Source of the DNA: Bdellovibrionota bacterium
GTDB taxonomy: Bacteria; Bdellovibrionota_C; UBA2361; JAAYZI01
Length of the DNA stretch: 64,000 nucleotides
NCBI GenBank assembly: GCA_050950765.1
Contig: JBMNIF010000002.1
Location: forward strand, 529,454-593,453
Direction: 5' to 3'
Positions 9,299 through 19,787 of this stretch are shown here, piece after piece. Position 1 is the first letter of the stretch. The number at the start of each line of letters is the position of its first letter. The position numbers and the translations under genes were made by a program. The notes below the pieces were generated by a model. The model was not told the origin of the DNA. It saw only the letters and a program-made list of their open reading frames with translations, and did no database searches.

Positions 9299-10186
9299 CT
9301 AGGGGCACAGTTGCTGATTTAATATATTCAACAAATTTTTATGCAGCGCCCCCTTACCATTTGATGCAACGATATAACCTATCCTTGGTTCTATATTATT
9401 ATAACTAATAGGACGCCCCCTCTCATCAGTCACCTTTCCCCCCGCCTCTTCTACAAGAAGCGTAGCAAATGCTATATCCCAAACCTTATGTCCGCACATT
9501 TTAATAATAGAGCCATCAATATTACCGTTAGCGACAGCAATTAACGACTCTGGAGTTTCATCCAACCCCAACTCTTTTACCTTATCTTCCTCCAAACTTT
9601 TAAAGGGGGAAGAGGGTAATTCACAAAATACAGTTGCAACTTCTGCTTTTTTAATATTGCTGATTTTAGAAACTTTAAGCTTTGCATTATTAGCAAAAGA
9701 TCCACCTCCTTTTATAGCTGTAAAGATAGCCTCAAAAGCAGGTTGCGCCAGTATGGTATGAGTTGCCTCAAAGTTTTCTAATCTAGTGAGTGAAATAAGA
9801 TAATACGGATCCCCCTCCACAAAACGTCTAGTATGGTCTAACGGATCAAGGATCCAAACTGGTTCAGATGGGAACTTTTTACATCTTTTCAGGAAACTAA
9901 GATCTTCTTCACTAATACACCCTTCATGCGGATACCGTTCTGATAAAAAGCGCATAATCTCTTCTGAAGAATATCGATCAGCAACCGTTACACAAGATCC
10001 ATCTTCTTTCTCTTCGATGGGTAAATTTTTGTGATTTCTCCTCATCATCTCTAAGTGTTTAGCAACAACACCGATATGTTCTATCAACTCAGGAAAAGAA
10101 GTAGCTACATAGCGCTGCGTATGAAAACAAGCGTTTACTAACTTAGTAAAAGATGAAGCAGGAATTTGTTTTAAGGAACCCATCAT
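9299..10186 (-). CDS. Inositol monophosphatase / CysQ-family phosphatase
   Basis: LDPLDHT (DPxDGT-like) and WDIAFATLLVEEAGG (WD..A....EAGG) IMPase family motifs. Confidence 0.7.
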   Translation of the reverse strand: MMGSLKQIPASSFTKLVNACFHTQRYVATSFPELIEHIGVVAKHLEMMRRNHKNLPIEEKEDGSCVTVADRYSSEEIMRFLSERYPHEGCISEEDLSFLKRCKKFPSEPVWILDPLDHTRRFVEGDPYYLISLTRLENFEATHTILAQPAFEAIFTAIKGGGSFANNAKLKVSKISNIKKAEVATVFCELPSSPFKSLEEDKVKELGLDETPESLIAVANGNIDGSIIKMCGHKVWDIAFATLLVEEAGGKVTDERGRPISYNNIEPRIGYIVASNGKGALHKNLLNILNQQLCP

Positions 10187-10299
10187 ATCTAAACAAGGTA
10201 TACTAAGGCACAGGCTCTATTATCACCCCTCTTTATAAGTTCATTACATATTTCACGGCAGCTACTTCAAAGGAGTAGCATCTCTTAGAAAAAAAATTA

Positions 10300-12054
10300 T
10301 CATACCGCTTCAGCACCTTGAATCTGAAGTTGAATCTCTAAGAGACCGTTAAAAGAGTTTAGTGTAGGACGACACGCTAAATTAACCACGCCCCCCCGTT
10401 TTATAGCAGGATGTGAAGTTTGATTCCAGAGTAACGCCGGAAGGGTGCGTTTTCCATCCGACACCAGAGCCTTTAAATGTGTGCTTTTTAAGGTAAATGT
10501 CTCCACTATACGTAGATTTTTCAATAAGATCACAGGCGCAGGATTGCCTATGCCGTAAGGGGTAAAGATAGCAAGCTCATCGATAATTTTAGGTGTTAAC
10601 TCTGATAGATCCGCTACGGTATCAACTTCACAGATCGGAAAAAGATCATCGGGGCTAAGTTGTCTTTCTGCTTCATTATTAAAAGCTATACTAAAAGCCG
10701 AGATATTTTTTTCATCTAACGAAAACCCTCCGGCACCGACATGACCGCCGTAACCTAGTAAATAATCCGCACAATTTTTTAAAGCTTCAACAACATTAAA
10801 ACCTTTAATACCACGACAAGATCCTTTAAAAACTCCATTCTCATCAGATCCGATAATAGCAGTCGGACGGTAAAAGGTCTCAGCGATACGTTGTGCTACA
10901 ATCCCGACTACACCTGTATGAAAACTTTTATCACCTACCACGATACCGTACGGCAAACGTGTCATTAGCGAGATACGAAAGGCGACCTCTTTTTTTATTT
11001 TTTTCTCGAGATCTTGACGTTCAGCATTCAAACGATCAAGTTTATTTGCTAAAGAATCAGCTCTTTTTCGATCTGATGTTGTTAGAAGTTCAATCACCAT
11101 CTCGCCGCTCGACATCCTTCCCGCTGCATTGATTCTAGGCCCCACACCGAAAGAGATATCAGTAGCGCTAAGATTTTTTTTAACACCACTTACATTTAAT
11201 AAAGCTCTTAAACCCACCCTCTGTGTAGTGTTTAAACGCTCCATGCCACGCTTTGCGATTACTCGATTTGCTCCTAATAGCGGCACCATATCGCAGATCG
11301 TTCCCAAGCAGGAGAACTCCAGATAATCTCTAACATCAACAGCGGCAGCTTGCGGTAAAAAAGTTCTAAGTGCCGCTATAAAATACCACGTTAAACCTGC
11401 AGCACATAATTGCAGATCTGAAAAACCGCACCCCTCTTGCTCCGGATTTATAAAGCTATCAACCTCAAGTGGCTTTGTCCCGAGGTGATGGTGATCGATA
11501 ACGATAGTTATTAAGTCACGCTCTTTTGCATAAAGAAGTTCGGAATAATTTGTAGAGCCGAAATCAAGAGCTAAAAGGATACCGCAGCCCTCGTCAACTA
11601 CTTCATCTATCATCCTTTTATTTAAGCCGTAACCTTCTGTAAAACGATCAGGCACAAAGACTTTCGCCTCAATCCCGATCTCAGAAAAAAATGTTTTCAA
11701 CATAGCTCCGCTACTTAAGCCGTCAACATCAAAATCGCAGCAGATAGCTATGGTTTTCCCACGCTCCAGCCCTTCCTTTAAGATTAGGCAAGCTTCACTA
11801 AGATTTTTTAATTTATCAGGATGCGGCAGATCGGAACGTAAAGTTGAATCTAAAAATGATCGCAGCTCTTCCCCAGCCTCAAACCCACGTGCTGCCAAAA
11901 CTCGCGCCGTTAACGGAGAGAAATTAAATTCTTTTTGTATTTTTTCAACGGAATCGGTATTTGGTGATTTTACCCTTATTTTTTTTAGAAGGGGCAAAGG
12001 CTTTAATACTTCTACCCCTTCAAACACCATCTCTTCACAACAATTATTCATCAT
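10300..12054 (-). CDS. recJ: Single-stranded-DNA-specific exonuclease RecJ
   Basis: DHH family motifs: CDFDVDG, IDHHH, GGHVGAGG (DHHA1). The 584 aa length is typical. Confidence 0.85.
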   Translation of the reverse strand: MMNNCCEEMVFEGVEVLKPLPLLKKIRVKSPNTDSVEKIQKEFNFSPLTARVLAARGFEAGEELRSFLDSTLRSDLPHPDKLKNLSEACLILKEGLERGKTIAICCDFDVDGLSSGAMLKTFFSEIGIEAKVFVPDRFTEGYGLNKRMIDEVVDEGCGILLALDFGSTNYSELLYAKERDLITIVIDHHHLGTKPLEVDSFINPEQEGCGFSDLQLCAAGLTWYFIAALRTFLPQAAAVDVRDYLEFSCLGTICDMVPLLGANRVIAKRGMERLNTTQRVGLRALLNVSGVKKNLSATDISFGVGPRINAAGRMSSGEMVIELLTTSDRKRADSLANKLDRLNAERQDLEKKIKKEVAFRISLMTRLPYGIVVGDKSFHTGVVGIVAQRIAETFYRPTAIIGSDENGVFKGSCRGIKGFNVVEALKNCADYLLGYGGHVGAGGFSLDEKNISAFSIAFNNEAERQLSPDDLFPICEVDTVADLSELTPKIIDELAIFTPYGIGNPAPVILLKNLRIVETFTLKSTHLKALVSDGKRTLPALLWNQTSHPAIKRGGVVNLACRPTLNSFNGLLEIQLQIQGAEAV

Positions 12055-12199
12055 AAGTTATCTTTTAACACAGAACCTCTCCTCGTTCATCTCCTTTACT
12101 GACTTCTCTTTCAACTAAATTTCTCCAGTGTGAAAAATCTAAGATATTGGAATATAAGAAGAAGTTTTTAAGTATTTTTATCCACTGGGGACAGCAGAA

Positions 12200-12400
12200 C
12201 GGGCTAATACTGAAAACTGAATTGGCTAGTTTTCTACGAAGGTTAAAGTGCCGCCCTTCAGGGACGATTGAGCGGTCTGCTACTAAAAACTGAATTAGCT
12301 AGATCTTTACGAAGGTCAAAAATATTCTTGTACAATCTTGAAAATAGAGCGACATTTTTTGTCGGAGCGACATTTTTTGTCATATTTTCAAGAAAGCTCT
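12200..12400. promoter_or_regulatory. Repeat-rich region upstream of the pilin gene
   Basis: Two roughly 40-bp direct repeats (ctgaattggctagttttctacgaaggt / ctgaattagctagatctttacgaaggt). A tandem gagcgacattttttgtc x2 is flanked by the inverted repeat cttgaaaata..tattttcaag. Confidence 0.35.
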
Positions 12401-12723
12401 TTTTAGGGCTAACCTACTAGAAATACTCATATAAGCAAAAAACACCTCAAGTATTTTCGTATGGCATCCGAATTGCTTTCTCGATAGGACGTTGTGAGGA
12501 GGCATGCTCAAGAGAGAAAAGCGAGAAGCTTTTCTAAGAGTTGCAGCATCATAATTCTCGTTATCTCTTATTATAAAGAGGTTAATATTCTATCACGGAT
12601 GAGAGTGGCTTTGTATCTGTAAATTTTTCTTAAGAAGAACGGTTGAGTCTTCTAGGGGTATGGAGTGTTTTTAAGATTTTTTTGCAGATGCGTTTTTTAT
12701 TGGTTATTTTTTAGGGAGTTATT

Positions 12724-13113
12724 ATGAACGAAAAAGGTTTTACATTGATTGAACTCTTAGTTGTTGTTGGAATTATCGGCATCTTAGCTGCTATGGCTAT
12801 TCCACAATTCGCAGAGTACAGAAAGAACGCTTACAACGCTTCTGCTTCAAGCGACCTCAGAAATGCCGCCACAGCTGAAGAGGCTTATTATGCGTTAAAT
12901 GAAGAATACCTATCTTGTGAAAATGATGCTTGTGTTCGTAGCGCTGATGGCACCACTGGTCTTCCAGGTGTAAAAGCTATCTCCAGCTCAGTTCAATTAG
13001 CTATGGTAGCTGATGGTGATGAGTTTACAGGAACTGCACACTCTGAAAAAGGTAACAAGCAGTATTCATGGGATAGTGCTAACGGCGGTATGCAGGAGCC
13101 TACTGACCTCTAG
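12724..13113 (+). CDS. pilA: Type IVa pilin (prepilin-type N-terminal cleavage/methylation domain)
   Basis: MNEKG/FTLIELLVVVGIIGILAAMAIPQF has Gly-1, Phe+1 and Glu+5. C-terminal Cys pair (C-x5-C). About 129 aa. Confidence 0.8.
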   Translation: MNEKGFTLIELLVVVGIIGILAAMAIPQFAEYRKNAYNASASSDLRNAATAEEAYYALNEEYLSCENDACVRSADGTTGLPGVKAISSSVQLAMVADGDEFTGTAHSEKGNKQYSWDSANGGMQEPTDL

Positions 13114-13184
13114 TAGTATTTAAAAGAAAAGATTTCTTACGGTGAGTCTCCATAAATAAAAGATACATCGTAATAATATCCACA

Positions 13185-13213
13185 GCCGAGACCCGAGAGT
13201 CTCGGCTTTTTTT
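13185..13213 (+). terminator. Rho-independent terminator after the pilin gene
   Basis: gccgagac-ccgaga-gtctcggc 8-bp GC stem, followed by TTTTTTT. Confidence 0.8.
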
Positions 13214-13342
13214 ATCTAACCCAAACTTTTCTGTGATTTACGTAACAATAAAGTAACATATTGTTATAACCTATAGAAATTTTTTAAAAATTAACAAAAA
13301 AGGGGGTTGACTTTTTTGTTGTTTTGACATACGTATTTAGGT

Positions 13343-14758
13343 ATGGGAAAGAAAGCAAAAATACACCCTGATTGGGCAACAAAATATCGAGAGAAAGGAA
13401 AAGAGGTACGTCTTATCAATGGGAGATATTACCTATATAGCTACAGCTATAAGTATGACCCTGAGAGGAAAAGGAGCGTGAAAGTTACTGGTAAATTACT
13501 TGGACGAATTACAGAAGAGGACGGTTTTATACCAAGTGAGAAGAGAAGCCTTGTACCTGCTGTGAATATTAAGTGCAGAGAGTATGGTTTATCTCAATTT
13601 ATCCTCAATCAAAAAACAATTATTGAAAGACTTCGGTGTTATTTTCCAGATAAGTGGAAGGCTATTTTGCTGATGTCATACAGCAGGATCAAACATTGCT
13701 CTCCTATTAAACGCATGAATGATGATTTTGAAAACAGTATGTTGAGTGAAAAACTTAATTTTCTTCTTAATAAGAAAGCTATTCCGAATATTTTGCAATC
13801 GATTGGGAAAGATGAATTTGCTCGTTCTGAATATATGAAGAGTTTTATTCATGGAAAAGATTTTTTGTTAATTGATTCTACATTTCTTAGAACATCTATG
13901 AGAAAGTCGAGTCTTGCTAAAGGAGGATATAATAAAGACCATTTTTGGGAAACGCAGGCGAGTTTGCTTTATATTTACTCTAAAAAATTGCAACAACCAG
14001 TCTATTATAGGTTATTGGCTGGGAATATAAGAGATGTAAAAGCTCTATCTTTAACTATCCAAGAATCAGAAATTGGTGATGCTACTATTATTGCAGATAA
14101 GGGTTTCTATTCAGAGTCTAACGTTAAAGATCTTATAGAGAATAAACTTAGCTTTGTTATTCCATTGCGTAGAAATAGCTCTCTTATAGACTATGATGGA
14201 ATAGAAACAAGCAGGAACGTTATTGAATATAATAAAACGTACTTAAGATATAAAAAATATAAGATTGGGAATGGATTTATATATCTGTTTAGAGACCCGT
14301 TTTTAGCAGGTGAAGAGGAAAATAACTTAGTTTCATTAACAATATCTCATCCAGAAAAATACAATTTAACAGATGTTGATTTAAAAAAAGTGAGGCTAGG
14401 AACTGTTGCATTCTTTTCAAATTTGGACTCATCCGCAGAAGAAATATACACGTTATACAAAATGCGACTATCTATTGAACAATCTTTTGATACGTTAAAA
14501 ACTGTTTTAAAAGCAGATGCTTCATATATGAGTGATGATGATAAATTTCAGGGATGGATGTTCGTGAATCACATAGCAATACAGTGGAGCTATGAAATAT
14601 TAAAAACAATAAAAAAACATAAACTTTCGACTTCAATATCATTAGAAGATGCTATCAGAAGGTTATCTGAAATTAAAAAAGTTAGGCTTGGGGACTCTTG
14701 GTATTTAGCCGAGCAAACTAAAGCAGAGCTAAAAATAGCCGAACTGTTACTTACTTAA
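13343..14758 (+). CDS. IS4/IS1634-like DDE transposase
   Basis: 471 aa. Has an ADKGFYSESN (DDE D2-like) region and the overall N-terminal architecture of IS1634-type transposases. Sits as an isolated gene between pilin and NUDIX genes. Terminal inverted repeats could not be defined by eye. Confidence 0.5.
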   Translation: MGKKAKIHPDWATKYREKGKEVRLINGRYYLYSYSYKYDPERKRSVKVTGKLLGRITEEDGFIPSEKRSLVPAVNIKCREYGLSQFILNQKTIIERLRCYFPDKWKAILLMSYSRIKHCSPIKRMNDDFENSMLSEKLNFLLNKKAIPNILQSIGKDEFARSEYMKSFIHGKDFLLIDSTFLRTSMRKSSLAKGGYNKDHFWETQASLLYIYSKKLQQPVYYRLLAGNIRDVKALSLTIQESEIGDATIIADKGFYSESNVKDLIENKLSFVIPLRRNSSLIDYDGIETSRNVIEYNKTYLRYKKYKIGNGFIYLFRDPFLAGEEENNLVSLTISHPEKYNLTDVDLKKVRLGTVAFFSNLDSSAEEIYTLYKMRLSIEQSFDTLKTVLKADASYMSDDDKFQGWMFVNHIAIQWSYEILKTIKKHKLSTSISLEDAIRRLSEIKKVRLGDSWYLAEQTKAELKIAELLLT

Positions 14759-14917
14759 CATACGTAAAAAGGGGAAAGTTTGGGATCTAAAAAACAGCCC
14801 CCCTCTTTAACTCTAAGATACGTTTTTTTATTTTTACCTTAATTAAATTTTACCTCAAAAAAGGCTTTTTTCATAACCGTTAAAGGCTCTGTTAAAGTGG
14901 TTATCCTTGTGAGTAGG

Positions 14918-15373
14918 TTAAATTCCTAGCTCGGAAAAAGCTTTTTCATAACCGACTAAACGTCGCGGCTCAGCTAACTTTCTAACCTCTGCCACGCTAC
15001 ACCACCGCCAATTCATCAACTCCTGATCGTAACGATTAAGGGTGATCTCTGCGTCAGAACCCAGATATTCAAGAACAAAAAATGTTTGGACTTGACCTCT
15101 CCACTTTCCGAGATAGTGGGCGGGGATAGGGTCTGAGAACTCATATTCATGTTGCGCTAAAAGGTGCTGCAAGATTTTAAAGTTTTTTTTAGGCACCCCT
15201 AGCTCTTCGTGCGCTTCCTTAATAGCAGCCTCTGCGGGGGTCATGCCCTGCTCTATTCCACCTTGTGGAAGTTGCCAAATACCAGGACAGCCGAACCTTT
15301 CAGCGAGAAAGATCTCCCGCTCTTTATTTAAAATAATAAGGCAAACATTGGGACGAAGCGGTATCTCTGACAT
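14918..15373 (-). CDS. NUDIX hydrolase (RppH / Ap4A-hydrolase-like)
   Basis: Nudix box GGIEQGMTPAEAAIKEAHEELGV (GX5EX7REUXEEXGU). Confidence 0.75.
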   Translation of the reverse strand: MSEIPLRPNVCLIILNKEREIFLAERFGCPGIWQLPQGGIEQGMTPAEAAIKEAHEELGVPKKNFKILQHLLAQHEYEFSDPIPAHYLGKWRGQVQTFFVLEYLGSDAEITLNRYDQELMNWRWCSVAEVRKLAEPRRLVGYEKAFSELGI

Positions 15374-15399
15374 CTTAAATCCGTTTTTATATGAAACAT

Positions 15400-16977
15400 C
15401 TATGCCTCTTTTTGGGCTTCTCTCAACAGGAATAGCTCATATGAATCAATCAATGCTGCATAACTAGCATCTATAATATTGTGAGAGACTCCAACTGTTG
15501 ACCACCGTTCTTTTCCCAAAGCAGCTTCAATAGTTACCCTTGTGGTAGCACCCGTAGCTCGATCAGGATCAAGGATACGCACCTTGTAATCAACTAAGCT
15601 AACATCTTTTAAGGTTGGGAAGTGAGAGAGGAGGGCTTTTCTCAAAGCTTGATCAAGAGCATCCACAGGTCCCACCCCTTCACCGACCATATGAATAATC
15701 TCAGCACCTATCTTCAATTTTACCACCGCTTCAACGGTAAACATGGTGTTTCTGCGACATTCAGAAACCACCATCATATCAATCTTTTCAAAGGGTGGCT
15801 TATAATCGGGGCTATCTTTTCTTAGCAACAGTTCGAAGGTGCCTTCAGCATTTTCAAATTGAAATCCTTTATGCTCAAGCTCCTTAATTTTATCCAAAAC
15901 TGCTTTTTCATTTCCTTGCAACTTTAATCCCAACTCAGCTGCACGAATTCTGATATTACCACGTCCTGAAAGCTCAGAGATTATAAAGGTACGTTTATTA
16001 CCGACTAGCGCAGGTGCGATATGTTCATAACTACTACTCTCTTTTTCAACTGCTGCTACATGAATTCCGCCTTTATGTGCAAAAGCAGAGGATCCGACGT
16101 AAGGTGCCTGCTTATCAGGATTAAGATTAGCAATACCACTGACCTTCAACGAAAGGTCTGTCAACGAACTTAATCCCTCCGGCGTTAAGCAATCAAACCC
16201 CATCTTCAATTGCAAGTTCGGAATTATCGAGATGAGATCGGCATTACCGCAACGCTCACCGTATCCGTTAATTGTTCCCTGTACGTGGTCACAACCAGCT
16301 GCTACCGCAGTTAATGAGTTAGCAACAGCCAAACCGGAATCGTTATGAACGTGTACCCCCAAGTGGCAAGAGATATTTTTTTTAGCTTCAGAGACGATAT
16401 CATTTATCCGCCACGGTAGAGATCCGCCGTTTGTATCACATAAGGTGACGGTATCAGCACCTGCTGCACACGCCGTCTTGATCGTTAAAAGAGCGTATTC
16501 AGGATTGGCGATATAGCCGTCAAAGAAGTGTTCGGCATCAAAAACAACCTCCTTACCGTGCTCTTTCATCCACTTAATACTCTCGGAGATCATGTTTAAG
16601 TTTTCTTCTAAAGTTGTCCGCAAAACTTCCTTTACATGAAAATCCCATGTTTTTCCGACGAGTGCTACAACAGGCGTATTGGCTTGTAAAAGCAACTTTA
16701 AATTTTCATCATCTTCTACATCGATAGAGTGTCTACGCGTACTCCCGAAAGCCGCCATCTTGGCGTGTTGTAAGCCTAGCTCTAAAACTCGTTCGAAGAA
16801 TTCACAATCTTTCGGATTAGATCCCGGCCATCCCCCCTCGATATAATCGAAGCAAACACTATCAAGGAGTGTTGCTATCTTTAATTTATCTTCAACAGAG
16901 AAACTGATCCCACGCCGCTGGCTCCCATCTCGCAAGGTCGTATCATATAATTGAATATGTTTTGTTTTTTCCGTCAT
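15400..16977 (-). CDS. cimA: (R)-citramalate synthase, LeuA-like long form (Geobacter-type CimA)
   Basis: LYDTTLRDGSQ, EGGWPGSNPKD, GSTRR and HxH metal-site blocks, with the C-terminal regulatory domain. 525 aa. Confidence 0.8.
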   Translation of the reverse strand: MTEKTKHIQLYDTTLRDGSQRRGISFSVEDKLKIATLLDSVCFDYIEGGWPGSNPKDCEFFERVLELGLQHAKMAAFGSTRRHSIDVEDDENLKLLLQANTPVVALVGKTWDFHVKEVLRTTLEENLNMISESIKWMKEHGKEVVFDAEHFFDGYIANPEYALLTIKTACAAGADTVTLCDTNGGSLPWRINDIVSEAKKNISCHLGVHVHNDSGLAVANSLTAVAAGCDHVQGTINGYGERCGNADLISIIPNLQLKMGFDCLTPEGLSSLTDLSLKVSGIANLNPDKQAPYVGSSAFAHKGGIHVAAVEKESSSYEHIAPALVGNKRTFIISELSGRGNIRIRAAELGLKLQGNEKAVLDKIKELEHKGFQFENAEGTFELLLRKDSPDYKPPFEKIDMMVVSECRRNTMFTVEAVVKLKIGAEIIHMVGEGVGPVDALDQALRKALLSHFPTLKDVSLVDYKVRILDPDRATGATTRVTIEAALGKERWSTVGVSHNIIDASYAALIDSYELFLLREAQKEA

Positions 16978-17190
16978 TCATTACCTTTTCTTTTAACGTT
17001 TATCTTTTATACTGTCTGCTATACTATCCGCTTCGAAAAATTTATTTAAAAAAAACAATACCTCTTATCAAGAGATCTGATTTTCCCTTGCTCTTAGCAA
17101 ATTAGCAATATAACGTACACGTTGGAGTGCCATCTTGTACACCGTTAAGATAATCAGATGGTATAAAGTTTTCAAGATATTGAAAGTATT

Positions 17191-18318
17191 ATGCGCACAC
17201 CATTCCCTTATTTTGTCTATTTTCTTATCTCTTTTGCTCTGTGCGGTTGCAGTGCCAAAGAGGATCTTCCGCCGTCATTTCTCGCCAATATGGATGACTT
17301 TAAGAAGCATGATATAGTTCCCGATTTTTACCTCTTAAAAACGCCGCAAACTCCAACTACAAAATATCATAGTGTAATTATTGAAACTCCGTTACTGTCT
17401 CTAAACAGGGAGCAGAGATATTATTATGCCGATCCTTCATTTTTAAAGTTCGTGACCGATCTTTTACGAGAACAGGTTGCCCTTAGTGTAGGTAATGATT
17501 TCAAGATAACTGAATCCCCTTCTCCGAAAACTTTCAGGCTACGCCTTGCTATCACAAACGTCACCCTCCCCGATCATAAAACACTCCTCACGGCAAGGCA
17601 CGGCGGTTTAGTGCCGATTAGCCTTGATGATACGATTTTAGAGGCGTATTTTGAAGATTCCTTAAGTGGGGATCTTTTAGGTGGGGTAAGAGATTTAAGG
17701 ATAGGAAAGGTACGAAATCCCAAACTTATTCAAGGTTTTTCATCTCCTCTTTATCTTAAAAGCACCTTCGCCGCATGGAGCGGTGAATTAAGAGCGATCC
17801 TTTATGAGATATGCGTTCCCCCTACACATAAAAAAGATAAGGTGCATTCTAATAAAAAAAGAGAGCTTAAAGAGGGAGAGAGAAAATTCACTTCCAGCAC
17901 AACAGGAGATATTAAAGATGGTGAGGAAAAATTTAACTCCAATACAACAGAAGAGCTTAAAGAGGGAGAGAGAAAATTCACTTCCAGCACAACAGAAGAT
18001 CTTAAAGACGGTGAGGAAAGATCGTATTCTAATGCAAAAGGAAAGCTTAAAGATAGAGAGAGGAAATTCACTTCCAGCACAACAGAAGATCTTAAAGATA
18101 GAGAGGAAAAAACTTCTTCTAATGTAACAGGAGGTCTTAGAGAGGAAAGCAACAAGATAATGCCCTCCTTGCCTATCTTTATTGATAACGAACTATTTAT
18201 TGATAACGAACGAAGAGGTTTTAATTCAGGAAGTGCGTTTAAACCTCAATCTAAAGAAGCGCCTCTTTTTAATGGTGTAGAGAAGAACGAGGATAAAGCT
18301 ATAAAGAAGGTGCTTTAG
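17191..18318 (+). CDS. Putative lipoprotein with internal 20-aa tandem repeats
   Basis: Signal peptide ending ..ALCGCS. About 4.5 repeats of KELKEGERKFTSSTTEDLKDGEE, encoded by 60-bp DNA repeats at about 17850-18130. Confidence 0.5.
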   Translation: MRTPFPYFVYFLISFALCGCSAKEDLPPSFLANMDDFKKHDIVPDFYLLKTPQTPTTKYHSVIIETPLLSLNREQRYYYADPSFLKFVTDLLREQVALSVGNDFKITESPSPKTFRLRLAITNVTLPDHKTLLTARHGGLVPISLDDTILEAYFEDSLSGDLLGGVRDLRIGKVRNPKLIQGFSSPLYLKSTFAAWSGELRAILYEICVPPTHKKDKVHSNKKRELKEGERKFTSSTTGDIKDGEEKFNSNTTEELKEGERKFTSSTTEDLKDGEERSYSNAKGKLKDRERKFTSSTTEDLKDREEKTSSNVTGGLREESNKIMPSLPIFIDNELFIDNERRGFNSGSAFKPQSKEAPLFNGVEKNEDKAIKKVL

Positions 18319-18490
18319 TTAGGGTAAGGGAGAACCGAGCTTCTGAAAATGTAGATTTAAAGAGAAGGAAGTAGATAAAACTATAAATAAGGTACCTTAG
18401 GGTAAGGGAGAACTGAGTTTCTGAAAATGTAGATTTAAAGAGAAGGAAGTAGATAAAACCATAAATAAGGTACCTTAGGGTAAGGGTTTA
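18295..18490. repeat. 78-bp tandem repeat (about 2.3 copies) that begins inside the 3' end of the lipoprotein gene
   Basis: Unit ataaataaggtaccttagggtaagggagaac.gag.ttctgaaaatgtagatttaaagagaaggaagtagataaaac. Confidence 0.7.
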
Positions 18491-18614
18491 GACCTTAGTT
18501 TTTTCCTATTCTCTTTTACCGAGTTATAGAAAGTTACACGGCAGATCAGTTTAAACCTTAACTTTATCTCTACCTTCTTTTATCTATGTTACGTTCTCTA
18601 GTGTTGTATCTAGA

Positions 18615-19604
18615 TCAGAGACACTTTCCGTCTTTATTCGGTGCGGATAGCATCTTTCCATCTAAAATTGTACGAGGCACTGCTTTTAAAACCAATTCAG
18701 ATCCGCCGCCGTAATCGTTATATTCCACCGTTATCTTATGTTTCCCAGGAGTGATAACCGTTGTTGCATTTTTCATAAGAAATGAATGCGCTCCCCAGTT
18801 ATTGATAATAATTTTATCATCTATCATTAACCTTGAGCCGTCATCAGAGCCTAATTCAAAATTAACTTTGAGATCTTCCTTCGTTTCAATACAACTTTCA
18901 AAACGCACGGAGAAGGAGGGGGTAACTCCACTTACCCTTCTTAACTTTGAGCGATTTTTTAAAGAAACTATCTTCTCTGTGGATTTAATTTTAGGCTCTC
19001 CTGCTAGATCGGCATTTGAAAAATAAGAGACGCGCCACGGATTAGGTACGCAGAGATTCCAAACGATAGCCACACAGATCATAACGGCACAGATAGAAAC
19101 AAGATAAAGAGCTGCCGTTTTACGTTTATCATCAAAAAAACTTCGATTAAACCTCTTATCAAGATCCGCATTAGCTTTAGCCAATACATTTCTAAGGGTT
19201 AGATAGTGATCTTGCAAACAATTTGAGGGTAAACTTTCTGGGATAAAATCAGAGTGTAGCGCCGTTTGAAAAATTGAAAGGTGCTGATACAGATTTTCCG
19301 ATGTAACCGTTCCAAAAAGCTCCACCTCTTGCAGATCAAGCACGATATTATCGGGGTCTGGTGTATTTTCACCGTTTAAATACGACTGAAAGATCGCAAA
19401 ATTATACCAAGCTTTCAAAAGGAGAAGGGCTTGTTCTTTCTCCGAACCGTAAACCGCTACCGCAATATTATCGATACATTCAAGGCTTTTTTGCAAAGAG
19501 AGTAAGAGATCCTTTGCCTTTTCGTATGTTACCTGCGCTTCAACGGAATCTTTTTTTTTCGCCATTATCTCCCTCGTTATTAAATGCCTCGATCTGTTAT
19601 TCAT
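18615..19604 (-). CDS. Membrane-anchored protein with C-terminal PA14-like domain
   Basis: Internal TM helix (AALYLVSICAVMICVAIVW). C-terminal GSDDGSRLMIDDKIIINNWGAH...ITVEYNDYGGGSELVLKA matches PA14 signature blocks. Confidence 0.5.
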   Translation of the reverse strand: MNNRSRHLITREIMAKKKDSVEAQVTYEKAKDLLLSLQKSLECIDNIAVAVYGSEKEQALLLLKAWYNFAIFQSYLNGENTPDPDNIVLDLQEVELFGTVTSENLYQHLSIFQTALHSDFIPESLPSNCLQDHYLTLRNVLAKANADLDKRFNRSFFDDKRKTAALYLVSICAVMICVAIVWNLCVPNPWRVSYFSNADLAGEPKIKSTEKIVSLKNRSKLRRVSGVTPSFSVRFESCIETKEDLKVNFELGSDDGSRLMIDDKIIINNWGAHSFLMKNATTVITPGKHKITVEYNDYGGGSELVLKAVPRTILDGKMLSAPNKDGKCL

Positions 19605-19787
19605 CCTAACACGATTTTTTTCTCGGCAATACCCGTATTTTACCTATGAAAAGGTGGTATTACTAATAATTATTCGTAGATAGAGAAGAAAAATCTCTTT
19701 ATTTTACACCAAAGATGAAGCAACATCCTTATTTTTACAGATCTGCTATCACAATAATTGAAGGTTTATTTTTAGAGAGGTTGCGCT

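Noticed and set aside
13290-14830. Terminal inverted repeats of the IS element
   Set aside because: Only short imperfect matches (catacgta on both sides, in direct orientation) were found by eye. Boundaries and target-site duplication are not reported.
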